Below, in pieces: positions 1 through 10,173 of a DNA stretch of 64,000 nucleotides. The DNA lies in the NCBI GenBank assembly GCA_041674105.1, contig JBAYWK010000002.1, positions 79,411 through 143,410 on the forward strand, written 5' to 3'. The position numbers were made by a program, and so were the translations under genes. Under the pieces are notes generated by a model. It saw only the letters and a program-made list of their open reading frames with translations, did no database searches and had not been told where the DNA came from. The stretch is from Minisyncoccota bacterium. Lineage in GTDB: Bacteria; Patescibacteriota; Minisyncoccia; Phycocordibacterales; DATDWN01. Position 1 is the first letter of the stretch; each line of letters starts with the position of its first letter.

Positions 1-249
1 TCATCTTCAGAGTAACTACCGAAATCATTTATAAAATCCTCTTTGTTTGTCTTTAAAAAATCTGCCATCTCCGTATATTTACCTTCTGGAATATCTGGAT
101 ATGACAAATCAAATTCTATATAATCTGTATCATTCTTTTCTTCTATAACAGGTAAAACAGATACTACTGGAGCCAGAGTTGTTCTCTTAAAAAGGAAAAA
201 AACAAAAGCTAAAAACAAAACCAGCAAAATTACAATTAATATCTTTTTC
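1..249 (-). CDS. hypothetical membrane-anchored protein, N-terminal part only (gene runs out of window)
   Basis: ATG (minus) at 249-247 followed by hydrophobic N-terminus MKKILIVILLVLFLAFVFFLF...; frame stays open to window edge. Confidence 0.35.
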
Positions 250-258
250 ATAATATTT

Positions 259-2970
259 TTATGATATTTTAATAGATCCTTCTATTATACCACCATTTTT
301 TGAGAACGCGGCCACTAAAGCTTTCCTGAGCTCTTCTACTAAAACAATAGATAAGCTAACAACTATAATCAAAATCCAGTCATTTAAACTAAGAGCTGTT
401 GTTTTCAAGATTGACTGCAAAGGACCAAAATAAACGGCCAATACCTGAAGTGAAATAATAATCAAAAGAGACCCCCAAACATACAGATTACTAAATATTT
501 CTTTACTAAATATAGTTTTATTTTCAAATCTACTATTAAAAATATTAAGCCACTGAAAAGCTGCCAAAGCCGTTAGTGTCACAGTAGAAGCTTTCAGAAA
601 CCCTTCTTCTGCATAATAAAGATCAAACAAAAACAGAGAGCCTATCATCATGGTCAAACCCATAATGATTATTCTCTGCATCATAATACTATCTACAAGC
701 TTATAGGACTTTCTTCTACCAATAGAAAGCAAATCCTTTTCTTTTGGCTCCATAGACAAAGCGGTAACCAAAAAACCATCTGTGACAAAATTCAACCAAA
801 TAATCTGACTAGCTAAAATAGGCAATGGATACCCTAACAAAATAGCCCCTACGATAGTAAAAACTTCTCCAGAACTAGTAGAAAATAAGTAAAAAATAAC
901 TTTCTTAATAGTTATATAAATATTACGACCCTCTTCTATGGCTGACAAAATACTACCAAAATTATCGTCCTGTAAAATAATATCCGAAGATTCTTTGGCA
1001 ACCTCAGTACCTATTTTACCCATAGAAACACCGAGATCCGCGGCAGCCAAAGACAATGCATCATTTACACCATCTCCTGTCATAGCAATCACTTTTTTAT
1101 CTTTGTGATAAAGTTCAATAATTTTTAATTTATCTTCCGGTGTCACTCTAGCAAAGATAGAAATACTTGGAAGCATCTCTAAGAGTTTACTCTCCTTTGA
1201 GTCAGCCATCTCTGCCCCAGTCATAACAATATCTCCTTCAGAATATATACCTGTTTCCCTGCCGATAGCTTTGGCTGTTTCTATATGATCACCAGTAATC
1301 ATAATAACCTTTACCCCAGCTTCTTTGGCAGAGGAGATCACCCCAGAAACTTCCTCTCTTATACTGTCACTTATACCAACAAAACCAACAAAACATAAGT
1401 CAGGCAAAGAGGTGGGTTCATTCAAATCTGTAGAGCCCGTGTCCATTGCCAAACCAATGACTCTAAGCCCTTCTTTAGATATTGAGAGGACTGCATTGTG
1501 GATATCTTTTAAGTCGGAATTATTTATAGGAAGACATTTTCCTTCTTTCCAAATACTCTTTGACCTAGAAATAATTATTTCTGGTGCCCCAACAACCGAT
1601 ATCATCCTCCCCCCAGAGACATTGTTACCTACAGCATGATATTTCAAATGAGAATTGAAAGGTATTTCAAATATTTTACTATGTTCCCTTTCTAAATCAT
1701 TTTTATTAAAACCAATCTTTTGTGAAAAGACTGACATCGCGACTTCAGTAGGATCTCCCTTGGTCCTCTGCCACATTTTATTTTCATCAGAATAAGCCGC
1801 AGCACCACCAGAAACAAAACTTGAAACTTTACCTAAAAATAAAAGATCTAAATGATCCGCTGGAGATATGACTTCACCCAGATAAGAAACATCCCCTTTT
1901 GGTTCGTAACCATTTCCAGTAATTTCATAGCTTTTCCCCGACACATAGACCTTTTTAACCATCATCTGGTTTAAAGTGATTGTCCCCGTTTTGTCTACTG
2001 CGATTATCTCTGCTTGACCCAAAGCTTCCACTGCTTGTAATTTTCTAACCAAAGCATTCTTCTTACTCATCCTATACATTCCTGTGGCCAAAATAATAGT
2101 AACGACCACAGGCAACCCTTCTGGGATAGCAGAAACAGCCACAGCTACAGCTACAGAAAACATTTCTAGAGCAGATATACTTTTCATAACACCGACTAAG
2201 AAAATAAATGCACTAGCACCCAAGACAGAGAGAATTATCATTCTAGACAGATTTTTTATACTCTTTTTTAAAGGCATATCAGAATCTATACCAACCAATT
2301 TTTTTGATATCTTACCTATGACAGTATTTACTCCTGTAGATACTACTACTGCTCTAGCTTCACCCTCAATAACATATGTACCATTAAAAACCATATTGAT
2401 CTGGTCTGCCACAGAAAGTCCGTCTTTTTTTATCTCATAAGTATTTTTAGTTATCGGTTCAGATTCACCAGTCAAAGCAGATTCATCAACTTTAAAGTTA
2501 TTTGCAGACATAAGTCTTGCATCTGCTGGTATCTTATCACCCTCAGTCAACAAAATAATGTCACCAGGCACAAGCTCGTCTGCTAAAAATATTTTTTCTT
2601 TTTCATCACGAAGAACGGTCACATATGTTGTGACCATTTTTCTTAAAGCAGTTAAGGTATTTTGAGCTCTTCCTTCCTGAAAAGTCCCGACTATAGCGTT
2701 GACTATGAGAACCACAAAGATAATAATACTATCCGCCACATCACCCATCAAAAACACCGCTACAGCAGCTATAAGTAATACATATACTACAGGACTTCTA
2801 AACTGCCTAAAAAATATACTAAATAAAGAATCTTTCTTGATTTCAGAAAGTTTATTATAACCATACTTCTCTCTAAGGCTTAAAACCTTTTCCGAAGCTA
2901 GCCCGTGAACAGAAACTTCAAAAGAAACCAAGACATCTTCCCATTTGTGTTTATACCAATTCATATACAA
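259..2970 (-). CDS. P-type cation-transporting ATPase (type II, Ca2+/cation pump-like)
   Basis: 903 aa; phosphorylation motif DKTGTIT, TM4 motif IPEGLP, hinge motifs TGDHIETAKAIG and MTGDGVNDALSLAAADLGVSMG. Confidence 0.85.
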   Translation of the reverse strand: MYMNWYKHKWEDVLVSFEVSVHGLASEKVLSLREKYGYNKLSEIKKDSLFSIFFRQFRSPVVYVLLIAAVAVFLMGDVADSIIIFVVLIVNAIVGTFQEGRAQNTLTALRKMVTTYVTVLRDEKEKIFLADELVPGDIILLTEGDKIPADARLMSANNFKVDESALTGESEPITKNTYEIKKDGLSVADQINMVFNGTYVIEGEARAVVVSTGVNTVIGKISKKLVGIDSDMPLKKSIKNLSRMIILSVLGASAFIFLVGVMKSISALEMFSVAVAVAVSAIPEGLPVVVTIILATGMYRMSKKNALVRKLQAVEALGQAEIIAVDKTGTITLNQMMVKKVYVSGKSYEITGNGYEPKGDVSYLGEVISPADHLDLLFLGKVSSFVSGGAAAYSDENKMWQRTKGDPTEVAMSVFSQKIGFNKNDLEREHSKIFEIPFNSHLKYHAVGNNVSGGRMISVVGAPEIIISRSKSIWKEGKCLPINNSDLKDIHNAVLSISKEGLRVIGLAMDTGSTDLNEPTSLPDLCFVGFVGISDSIREEVSGVISSAKEAGVKVIMITGDHIETAKAIGRETGIYSEGDIVMTGAEMADSKESKLLEMLPSISIFARVTPEDKLKIIELYHKDKKVIAMTGDGVNDALSLAAADLGVSMGKIGTEVAKESSDIILQDDNFGSILSAIEEGRNIYITIKKVIFYLFSTSSGEVFTIVGAILLGYPLPILASQIIWLNFVTDGFLVTALSMEPKEKDLLSIGRRKSYKLVDSIMMQRIIIMGLTMMIGSLFLFDLYYAEEGFLKASTVTLTALAAFQWLNIFNSRFENKTIFSKEIFSNLYVWGSLLIIISLQVLAVYFGPLQSILKTTALSLNDWILIIVVSLSIVLVEELRKALVAAFSKNGGIIEGSIKIS

Positions 2971-3007
2971 CTTAGTATAACAAATTCAAATCAATACTAT
3001 AAAATAT

Positions 3008-3613
3008 TTATAGTAATTTAATGCTCATTAAAAATTTTTGAAAATCATCAACTATTTTATCTTGAAGGGTTATATAACTAACTCTACAATTAAAAATCTT
3101 ACCACTACTATGTTTAAAAACTATATTTTTACTAGCATATAAACCATCTGAATCATATCCATAAGCTGAGACATCCGGAATGATATTTTCTTCAGTCAAA
3201 TTCACATCTTGGGCAAAGAACAAAGTTTCAAACTCATCAGAATTTACCCACTCTTTTATAGAAATATCCTCTGGATTTTCAAAAGCTACGCAAGAAATAG
3301 AAACAGGTAACTCTCCCACTATTTCTCCACTCAAAAGAAGTCTGTTTCCTTTAGTATCTTCATACAAGTCAAAGCCTGAATATAAACTATTTGTAAAAGA
3401 ATGATCCTCTACAAAATAATTTTTAGGCATATCAAAAGAGATACCTAAAACATCGTTATAGTATTTATTTTCAGATGAAGGGTTTATTCTTCCCGTCATA
3501 AAAAATGACCCAAAAAACAGAAATAAAACTAAAATAGATAGAGAAATAATTATTATTTGTTTATTTTTTTCCATAACATAAAATATATCATTTCTTACCA
3601 AAAAGTAATACAC
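3008..3613 (-). CDS. hypothetical protein with N-terminal transmembrane anchor
   Basis: 201-aa ORF, hydrophobic segment IIIISLSILVLFLFFGSFFM near N-terminus, no recognisable catalytic motif. Confidence 0.4.
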   Translation of the reverse strand: MYYFLVRNDIFYVMEKNKQIIIISLSILVLFLFFGSFFMTGRINPSSENKYYNDVLGISFDMPKNYFVEDHSFTNSLYSGFDLYEDTKGNRLLLSGEIVGELPVSISCVAFENPEDISIKEWVNSDEFETLFFAQDVNLTEENIIPDVSAYGYDSDGLYASKNIVFKHSSGKIFNCRVSYITLQDKIVDDFQKFLMSIKLL

Positions 3614-3672
3614 AGTGAAGGTATTGTATTTTTCTTGATTAGTAATATCCTTATAAACAGGAGGGTCTGAAA

Positions 3673-4008
3673 ATGTCTCTGCTTGTACACGAAGAATGTT
3701 TTGGCGACATAACTGTCGTCAGGCTCACTTCTGTTCTATTTGGGTACAATGCTGTAATCTTTTACCACATGATAACAATGTTACGGCAATTGGGAAGGAA
3801 AACCGTTCTAGATACGACATTTCTTAGACCGGAAGATTTAAACGAGATTTCCATACAAGGGATTATATACAGTATAGTAACAATCAAACTAATGAAAATA
3901 GTCGTTTCGAAAGAAGAAGTGAGAAAACATTTGGAACAATACAAGATTCATAATCTGGTTGAAATACTGCCAGATAAAGAATCAGCCCTGAGGAGTTTCA
4001 AAAAATGA
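3673..4008 (+). CDS. hypothetical small protein
   Basis: 111-aa ORF followed by a GC hairpin terminator at 4022-4058. Confidence 0.35.
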   Translation: MSLLVHEECFGDITVVRLTSVLFGYNAVIFYHMITMLRQLGRKTVLDTTFLRPEDLNEISIQGIIYSIVTIKLMKIVVSKEEVRKHLEQYKIHNLVEILPDKESALRSFKK

Positions 4009-4021
4009 ACATATACTTATG

Positions 4022-4058
4022 AGCGCCTACTGAAAATGTACGGCGCTCATCCTTTTTG
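4022..4058 (+). terminator. rho-independent terminator
   Basis: GAGCGCC...GGCGCTC stem followed by TCCTTTTT. Confidence 0.5.
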
Positions 4059-4419
4059 GACATTAGAACACATAAATAAACTTTTGTTATAAGGTTTATA
4101 TTTCAACACATAATCAACTTATAAACAATTTCTGCACAGGATCTGCACAGATTTATTTTGACAAACTTAAAAAATACTTAGATAATTTACCTAGGTTAGC
4201 TTACTTAGGAGAGTCTCCTAAAAATACATTTTTAAAAATTTCGTTTATGTAAGACTTATGAACTTACATTAGAAATAAAATATAATAAAATGAGACATTC
4301 TCCCAATCGAGCAAAACCTGCAGAAACAATACCACTCCCCAAGAGAGTGGTATTGTCTTAATAAAAAAGTTGTAACTTATTTTAGATGTAGCATAATGTA
4401 TACATAAATAAATAAAAAG

Positions 4420-4905
4420 ATGAAACCTGCTCCAATAATATCTTTTGAAGATTTTGAAAAAATAAGAAACACTTTAGGTAAAATAGTCTGCACTTCTGGT
4501 GGTTATGACCCTATTCACCCAGGACATGTTTCTTGTATAAACGAATCAAAACAATATGGAGATGTTTTAGTGGTTATAGTAAATGGTGACTCCTTCTTAA
4601 AAAACAAGAAAGGTAAGCCTTTTATGGACTTAGAAACCAGATGTCATATCGTCTCTCATATAAAAGAAGTAGATTTTGTGATCCCTTTTGAAATAGAAGA
4701 TGATCAAACGGTCTCAGAAGCTTTAAAAAAACTAAAACCTCATGTTTTTACAAAAGGTGGAGATAGAATAGATAAACACTCAATACCCGAGTGGGATGTG
4801 TGCAAAGAACATAAAATAAAGATTATCTCAGAGGTCGGACACAAGAAGCTTTGGAGTAGCTCGGACTTTTTACATGAATGGGGTGAATTTTGGAAAGAAA
4901 AATAA
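4420..4905 (+). CDS. cytidylyltransferase-like nucleotidyltransferase (RfaE domain II / heptose-1-phosphate adenylyltransferase family)
   Basis: 161 aa; HIGH-type motif SGGYDPIHPGH near N-terminus; overall pattern matches RfaE-II/TagD-like (VNGDSFLKNKKG ... KGGDRID). Confidence 0.6.
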   Translation: MKPAPIISFEDFEKIRNTLGKIVCTSGGYDPIHPGHVSCINESKQYGDVLVVIVNGDSFLKNKKGKPFMDLETRCHIVSHIKEVDFVIPFEIEDDQTVSEALKKLKPHVFTKGGDRIDKHSIPEWDVCKEHKIKIISEVGHKKLWSSSDFLHEWGEFWKEK

Positions 4906-4914
4906 CAAAACAAA

Positions 4915-4939
4915 AAAGACAGCTTGGCTGTCTTTTTTG
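4915..4939. terminator. bidirectional rho-independent terminator between convergent genes
   Basis: AAAAAGACAGC-TTG-GCTGTCTTTTTT hairpin flanked by A and T tracts. Confidence 0.55.
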
Positions 4940-4958
4940 TTTTGAATAACCCCATCAA

Positions 4959-5213
4959 TTATGACAAATGTTTTGAAACCAACTTTGTCATTTCAAACAT
5001 ATTTACTACTGCTTTTCCTCCGAAAACTTTTTTCAAATTTTCGTCAGCAACAATATTTCTCTTGTTCTTTGGATCTTGTAAATCATGTTTCTTTATGTAG
5101 ACCCACAATTTTTTAACTACTTCAGATCTTGGCATAGGACCTTTTCCTACAACAGCCTCTAGTTCAGGGCTAACATTTAAAGGCTTCATAAACGCAGAGT
5201 TTGATTTTGGCAT
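4959..5213 (-). CDS. SWIB/MDM2 domain protein
   Basis: 84 aa; SPELEAVVGKGPMPRSEVVKKLWVYIKKHDLQDPKNKRNIVADENLKKVFG...NMFEMTKLVSKHL matches SWIB consensus throughout. Confidence 0.75.
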   Translation of the reverse strand: MPKSNSAFMKPLNVSPELEAVVGKGPMPRSEVVKKLWVYIKKHDLQDPKNKRNIVADENLKKVFGGKAVVNMFEMTKLVSKHLS

Positions 5214-5352
5214 ATTTTTAATTAAATTTTTATTAACCTAACCATTATAACACCTATATACAAAACAAGCTAGTATTTTACAAGAGAAAATAAATGAGTT
5301 TTTACACATATTAAGACCAGTAAATCCAAAAAATATGCTAATATGAAGTATT

Positions 5353-6324
5353 ATGGGAAAATTTACTATAAAACAGGGCCCTGTGGCTTTCTTGAAACAA
5401 CTTATTGTTATGGAGATAGTATTGGTAATTTTCTTTGTCTTTATATCCTTCCTCGGAAACTATGAAATGCTCTTCAAGAGAATCAGTCTAGATAACTATA
5501 TAAGATACGATATCTTCATACTCATAATTGCTTCCCTATTTCAGATATCATATATCGTAGCCATATTCTTAAATTGGTATTTTTCATATTACGAAATATC
5601 AAAAAACGAAATCATAAAAAAAACAGGTATACTCCTAAACAGGAAAAAATACATACTTTTAAACGAAATAAACTCTGTGGAAACTTACCAGTCTTTGGCC
5701 GATAGGATAACAGGTAACGGGACAATAATTTTGGAGAGAGAAAGTGGAAAACCGACCAGAATAACCGATGTCCAAGACTTTGATGAATATGTAAACATCA
5801 TAAAGTTTAATATAAAAAACTTAACCCAAAACGGTCTAAAATATGACGCCAGATCTTTGGTAAAACAAAAAGAAAATAGAAACCTAGAATTTAAAGAAAC
5901 TCTAAGGTTTGATATAAAAAAATCTGAAGTAAGCAAAGAATTGGAGAAAGTCATTGCTAAAACCATTATAGGTTTTCTAAACGCAAATGGCGGAAATCTA
6001 ATTGTGGGAGTATCTGACGAAAATGAGATAGTAGGCCTAGAAAGAGACATAAAAACTTTGCCCAGAAAAGATCTAGATGGTTTTCAAAATCATCTGACGA
6101 TGATAATAAAAACTATGATAGGGGTAAACTTTCTAAACAGTATAGATGTAAACTTTGAAAAAATGGAAGATAAAGATATTTGTATAATATCTGTATCAAA
6201 AGGTCACAAACCTGCATATTTAAAAAATTCGGACAACAAAGAAGAGTTTTTTGTTAGAGTGGGAAACTCAACTCAACCTCTCTCCATGAGTGAAGCCGAG
6301 GAGTATATAAAAGAGCACTTTTAA
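5353..6324 (+). CDS. membrane protein with bacterial PH (bPH_2-like) domain fused to AlbA_2 / Schlafen-like putative DNA-binding domain
   Basis: two N-terminal TM helices, then YcxB-like beta segment (IIKKTGILLNRKKYILLNEINSVE), then C-terminal IGFLNANGGNLIVGVSDENEIVGLERD typical of AlbA_2. Confidence 0.5.
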   Translation: MGKFTIKQGPVAFLKQLIVMEIVLVIFFVFISFLGNYEMLFKRISLDNYIRYDIFILIIASLFQISYIVAIFLNWYFSYYEISKNEIIKKTGILLNRKKYILLNEINSVETYQSLADRITGNGTIILERESGKPTRITDVQDFDEYVNIIKFNIKNLTQNGLKYDARSLVKQKENRNLEFKETLRFDIKKSEVSKELEKVIAKTIIGFLNANGGNLIVGVSDENEIVGLERDIKTLPRKDLDGFQNHLTMIIKTMIGVNFLNSIDVNFEKMEDKDICIISVSKGHKPAYLKNSDNKEEFFVRVGNSTQPLSMSEAEEYIKEHF

Positions 6325-6327
6325 TTA

Positions 6328-6642
6328 CTATGCTTTAGATTTGTCTAACTTTTGGACGCCTATTATTTTAACCCCATAGTAAACTACCAAAGCTACCACA
6401 ATAAAGTCTATAATAACTGTTATAAAATCTCCATAAAGTATCTTAGCTGATCCCAGCTCAATAGTCGCTGTTTTCAATCCATCTGTAGCGCCTAAAACCA
6501 GACTAAGTAGAGGATTTATTATATCGGTCACAAAAGAAGAAACCACTTTTGAAACAGCTCCTCCTAGTATAAAACCGATAGCCAGTCCTACTACTCCTTG
6601 TTCTCTAATAAAATCTATAAAGCCTTTCATATTATTTTTCAT
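6328..6642 (-). CDS. mscL: large-conductance mechanosensitive channel
   Basis: 104 aa; MKGFIDFIREQGVVGLAIGFILGGA N-terminus characteristic of MscL. Confidence 0.8.
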   Translation of the reverse strand: MKNNMKGFIDFIREQGVVGLAIGFILGGAVSKVVSSFVTDIINPLLSLVLGATDGLKTATIELGSAKILYGDFITVIIDFIVVALVVYYGVKIIGVQKLDKSKA

Positions 6643-7171
6643 ATATTTTGTTGTTTTTAATCAGATTTAGTAGTTCAATCTTATATCTTTTATATTATTT
6701 TTACCAACAAGAGAAAGCTTCCAATCTTTTAAATCAAAATATTTATCGATTAATTTTTTAATATCATTCATATTAGTTTCTTTTATCTGATTTATATTAT
6801 ATATCAATATTTTCTCCAACTAAATAAACTTCTGGTATGGAGCTACGGGATCTACAGATATCCCATAAGCTATAACTCCACCCAATAGTCCCGTTACAGA
6901 TAAGGATGCTAAAGCTACAAAAGCAAAAGTGCGATAGGAAAATGCACGAACAATGGATGAACATTATATAACATATAATTTTTATTAATTTAAATAAACA
7001 GGAAACTTCTCGCTTATCTGAAAACTATTTACTTTTTTTAGCTGAAAGTTTCAATTTCTTTACAGCCAATCTTTTCTTTGTTTTCTTTGAACGAGATGTT
7101 TTATTTTTTGTGTTTGTAGCTAATCTTTTTGCCATATAAAGAGATTATACACTAAATAATAAAAAAGTGAA

Positions 7172-7879
7172 TTAAATGCCAGCATAAGTAACGGCAAAAT
7201 AAATCACAGAGATACCCAAGATGGTAGAGATGGTTGTCCAAATTGTTGGATGATTATGATGACTTTCTGGCAAGAGATCACTAGCTCCTATGTACAAAAA
7301 GAATCCTGCAAACAAGGCTAAGACCAGTCCGACTAAAGATTCTGAAATAGTAAAAAATAAAGTAGAGAGCACACCAAGAACAGGAGCTATTGCATCAAGT
7401 AAAACCCACTTCAAAGCTTCAGATTTTTTACCTCCGTGTTTCATTATCATACTAGCGGTATTTATGCCATCAGAAAAATCATGAGCAAGCACAGCTGTAG
7501 CTACTACTAACCCAGTAACATTAGAAACACCAAAAGCTATACCTATAGCGATACCATCTATAAAACTATGAAAAGAAAAACTTCCTGCGCCAAAACGACC
7601 TCTATGGTGGTGATCATCTTCGTGACAGTTTAGCAAAAGTATTCTGTCTAAAACCATATACAAAACAAAACCGATAGCTATTACAAGCATCACTGTAGAA
7701 ACATCCCAAAAATTGTCAGCGATTTTTATTGATTCGGGTATTAGATCAAACAGGGCTACCCCAACTACAGCTCCAGCACTGAAACCCAGAACGAGATGTA
7801 ATTTATCTTTAAAACGAATAGCAAAAAGACCCCCTAAAAAAGTCATCACAAAGGCACCGAATGTAACGAGGATTATCAT
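7172..7879 (-). CDS. zupT: ZIP family zinc transporter
   Basis: 235 aa multi-TM; HSFIDGIAIG and His-rich loop HEDDHHHRGR; C-terminal HNHP motif. Confidence 0.7.
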   Translation of the reverse strand: MIILVTFGAFVMTFLGGLFAIRFKDKLHLVLGFSAGAVVGVALFDLIPESIKIADNFWDVSTVMLVIAIGFVLYMVLDRILLLNCHEDDHHHRGRFGAGSFSFHSFIDGIAIGIAFGVSNVTGLVVATAVLAHDFSDGINTASMIMKHGGKKSEALKWVLLDAIAPVLGVLSTLFFTISESLVGLVLALFAGFFLYIGASDLLPESHHNHPTIWTTISTILGISVIYFAVTYAGI

Positions 7880-8406
7880 AGTTTTATTACTTAAAGTAAT
7901 ACTAGCACCAAATTTATATATCTACAAAATGGCTGAGATAAAAGAAAAGGTCGACGATAGGTTACATCGCGCCTTATTCAAGACACTCTTAATTCAGTAA
8001 ATCAACTCTAGAGTTTAATCTTGTGAAAATAGGGTTCAAAAAGCTCGCCTCAACACAGTGATTTTGTTAAAGGGTTATTGTCAAGATACCCAAAATATTG
8101 CCCTATTTAATTAAGCCTTTTATAGTACACTCCTCTTGAGTCTAAGCTAATGAACAGTCGTCTACAGATTGTCGTCGCCCAACTCTTTCTCTTTTGAGAA
8201 ATCAGCCAGAATTTTTTTGATTACGATTAAAAAGAGTGTGTTGTGATGAGGAGATACTGCTTGCCTTTGTTCAAAGCGAACCACTGAGCCTACTTTGTAC
8301 CATGCCAGATTAGTGAATCTCCATAATTTCCCTGGAAACGGTAAAAATCAACTCTATTATCTCTGTATTTTTCTAAAAATTTCCTTAGATTAACCTCTTC
8401 CATATT

Positions 8407-9426
8407 CTATTTGAATTCACAAACAATTATCTTAGGTCTTAGATATGCATCTACATTGGTAATAAATTTTAACTGCAATGATTGAACTACCTTGAATTTA
8501 GATTTAAGTAGAATTGGTTCAATAATTTCATACTCACTGGTGTATATAACCAATCTACCAGTGGTATTTAATACACCTTCACAATATTGAATAAAAGTTT
8601 CATATAGCTTCTCTAGGTTTTCACCTTTTGAAATTGACATACCAAAAGGTAAATCAGAAACAATGACATCAAACTTACCTAGATCTGGCTTATCAAAAAT
8701 ATCAAACTCTTTTACTTGAACCTTTTCTATAAGACCCGCTTTTTTGATATTTTGGATAGACAAGGATAGGTGCTTCTTTTCATTATCAAATCCAATTAAT
8801 TTATTCAAATTCGGATAACATTGTCCTGCCTCAATTAGCAATGTCGCACTACCTGAAAATATATTCAAATACGAATGAGCTGACTCAAGATTACAAAAAG
8901 AATTTGCCGCATACGCTATTGTCGGATCCATAGCTCCACTCATATTAACAACTCTATAATCTCTGACAGAAAGAGGGCGTGGAGTTATCTGTACACCCAT
9001 CTCCCAGATATCATCTGTTTTTATAATATGTATTTTTAAATCTGCTTCTTCACTTTCTTGTAGTTCATAGGTATCTTTTATATATTTTGCAGTATCTCTA
9101 ACTTCTGGTGAATCTGACCCAGCACAACTAATTTTGAATGTGTTGAAACTATCATATTTAACAACAATATCAATAAGGTTACCTAAAACAGACTTATGGT
9201 TTGAAATATATGTTGGATGATAAACACTGTCTTGTGCTACTAGATATGCACGAGCAACACTCCTTAGCTTTTTTACTTCTTGTATATTATTTTCAGAAAA
9301 TTCTATGAATACAGAATCTACATCTTCACTGATTATTTCAAAATTAAATTTCTTCAATTCATCCAAAACAACCGGTTTTAAACCTGTTGTGTATGATAAT
9401 TTTATTTTCATTTCTAAATCGTTCAT
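8407..9426 (-). CDS. THUMP-domain RNA methyltransferase (putative tRNA/rRNA guanine-N2 methyltransferase family)
   Basis: 339 aa; SAM-MTase core with VSDLPFG (DPPFG-type) motif, N-terminal THUMP-like region. Confidence 0.6.
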   Translation of the reverse strand: MNDLEMKIKLSYTTGLKPVVLDELKKFNFEIISEDVDSVFIEFSENNIQEVKKLRSVARAYLVAQDSVYHPTYISNHKSVLGNLIDIVVKYDSFNTFKISCAGSDSPEVRDTAKYIKDTYELQESEEADLKIHIIKTDDIWEMGVQITPRPLSVRDYRVVNMSGAMDPTIAYAANSFCNLESAHSYLNIFSGSATLLIEAGQCYPNLNKLIGFDNEKKHLSLSIQNIKKAGLIEKVQVKEFDIFDKPDLGKFDVIVSDLPFGMSISKGENLEKLYETFIQYCEGVLNTTGRLVIYTSEYEIIEPILLKSKFKVVQSLQLKFITNVDAYLRPKIIVCEFK

Positions 9427-9659
9427 GTGTTTATTTTGATTCTATCCAAAACACCAGAAACTCTGATCCTACCCATACAAAACTCCTCACAACAACTTAT
9501 CTCTTCTTCTCTACTTCTATGAGAACAAAGTTTATGGCGATCTTTATCATATATGGATACCACATTTTTTGATAAATGTAAATATTTAGGGTTAGTTGCG
9601 CCAAATATAATAAATGATTTCTTGTCGAAACTTTGCGCAATTACAATATGTTTTTTCAT
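9423..9659 (-). CDS. hypothetical Cys-rich small protein
   Basis: 78 aa, 4-bp ATGA overlap with downstream methyltransferase; cysteine cluster CSHRSREEEISCCEEFC. Confidence 0.3.
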   Translation of the reverse strand: MKKHIVIAQSFDKKSFIIFGATNPKYLHLSKNVVSIYDKDRHKLCSHRSREEEISCCEEFCMGRIRVSGVLDRIKINT

Positions 9660-9664
9660 TTTTT

Positions 9665-10168
9665 TTAATTAATTTGGTTGTGTTTACTCAGTATATCCAA
9701 AGCTCGTTTGACAATATGATCTCCAATTTCACCCCATTTCACATATTGTCCATAATCTTTAGGGTCAACTAATTTAATTTCTGTAATATCTACATCTGGA
9801 TCAGAAACAAAATCTCCGTATGGCTCAACGATACAGAGTGACCTGGTTTGTCGTATAATTCTATCTTTTTCGTACACATCTATATAACCGATCAATTCTT
9901 GATGTAATACTTTCATATTTGATTCTTCTTTTACTTCTCGAACTGTAGCTTCTTGCCATGTTTCTCCTGGTTCTATTGCTCCACCAGGAAATGTCCAGTA
10001 TCCTTTATCGTTTGCATAGACTACCACCAACTTATTTCCATAAAAACAAAAACCGTGAACAGCTTGAAGGATTTTGTCTCCCAATCCCTCCATTGGATCA
10101 AATCCCTCCCTGTATACATAATCAACCATTCCGCCAGTCCGTGATTTAAATTGTGATTTTATTTCCAT
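9665..10168 (-). CDS. NUDIX hydrolase (paralog 1)
   Basis: Nudix box GGAIEPGETWQEATVREVKEESNM. Confidence 0.8.
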   Translation of the reverse strand: MEIKSQFKSRTGGMVDYVYREGFDPMEGLGDKILQAVHGFCFYGNKLVVVYANDKGYWTFPGGAIEPGETWQEATVREVKEESNMKVLHQELIGYIDVYEKDRIIRQTRSLCIVEPYGDFVSDPDVDITEIKLVDPKDYGQYVKWGEIGDHIVKRALDILSKHNQIN

Positions 10169-10173
10169 ATTTA

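Noticed and set aside
1325-2440. Antisense ORFs inside the P-type ATPase gene (1325-1639, 2084-2440)
   Set aside because: Embedded opposite a strongly supported 903-aa gene; low-complexity translations.
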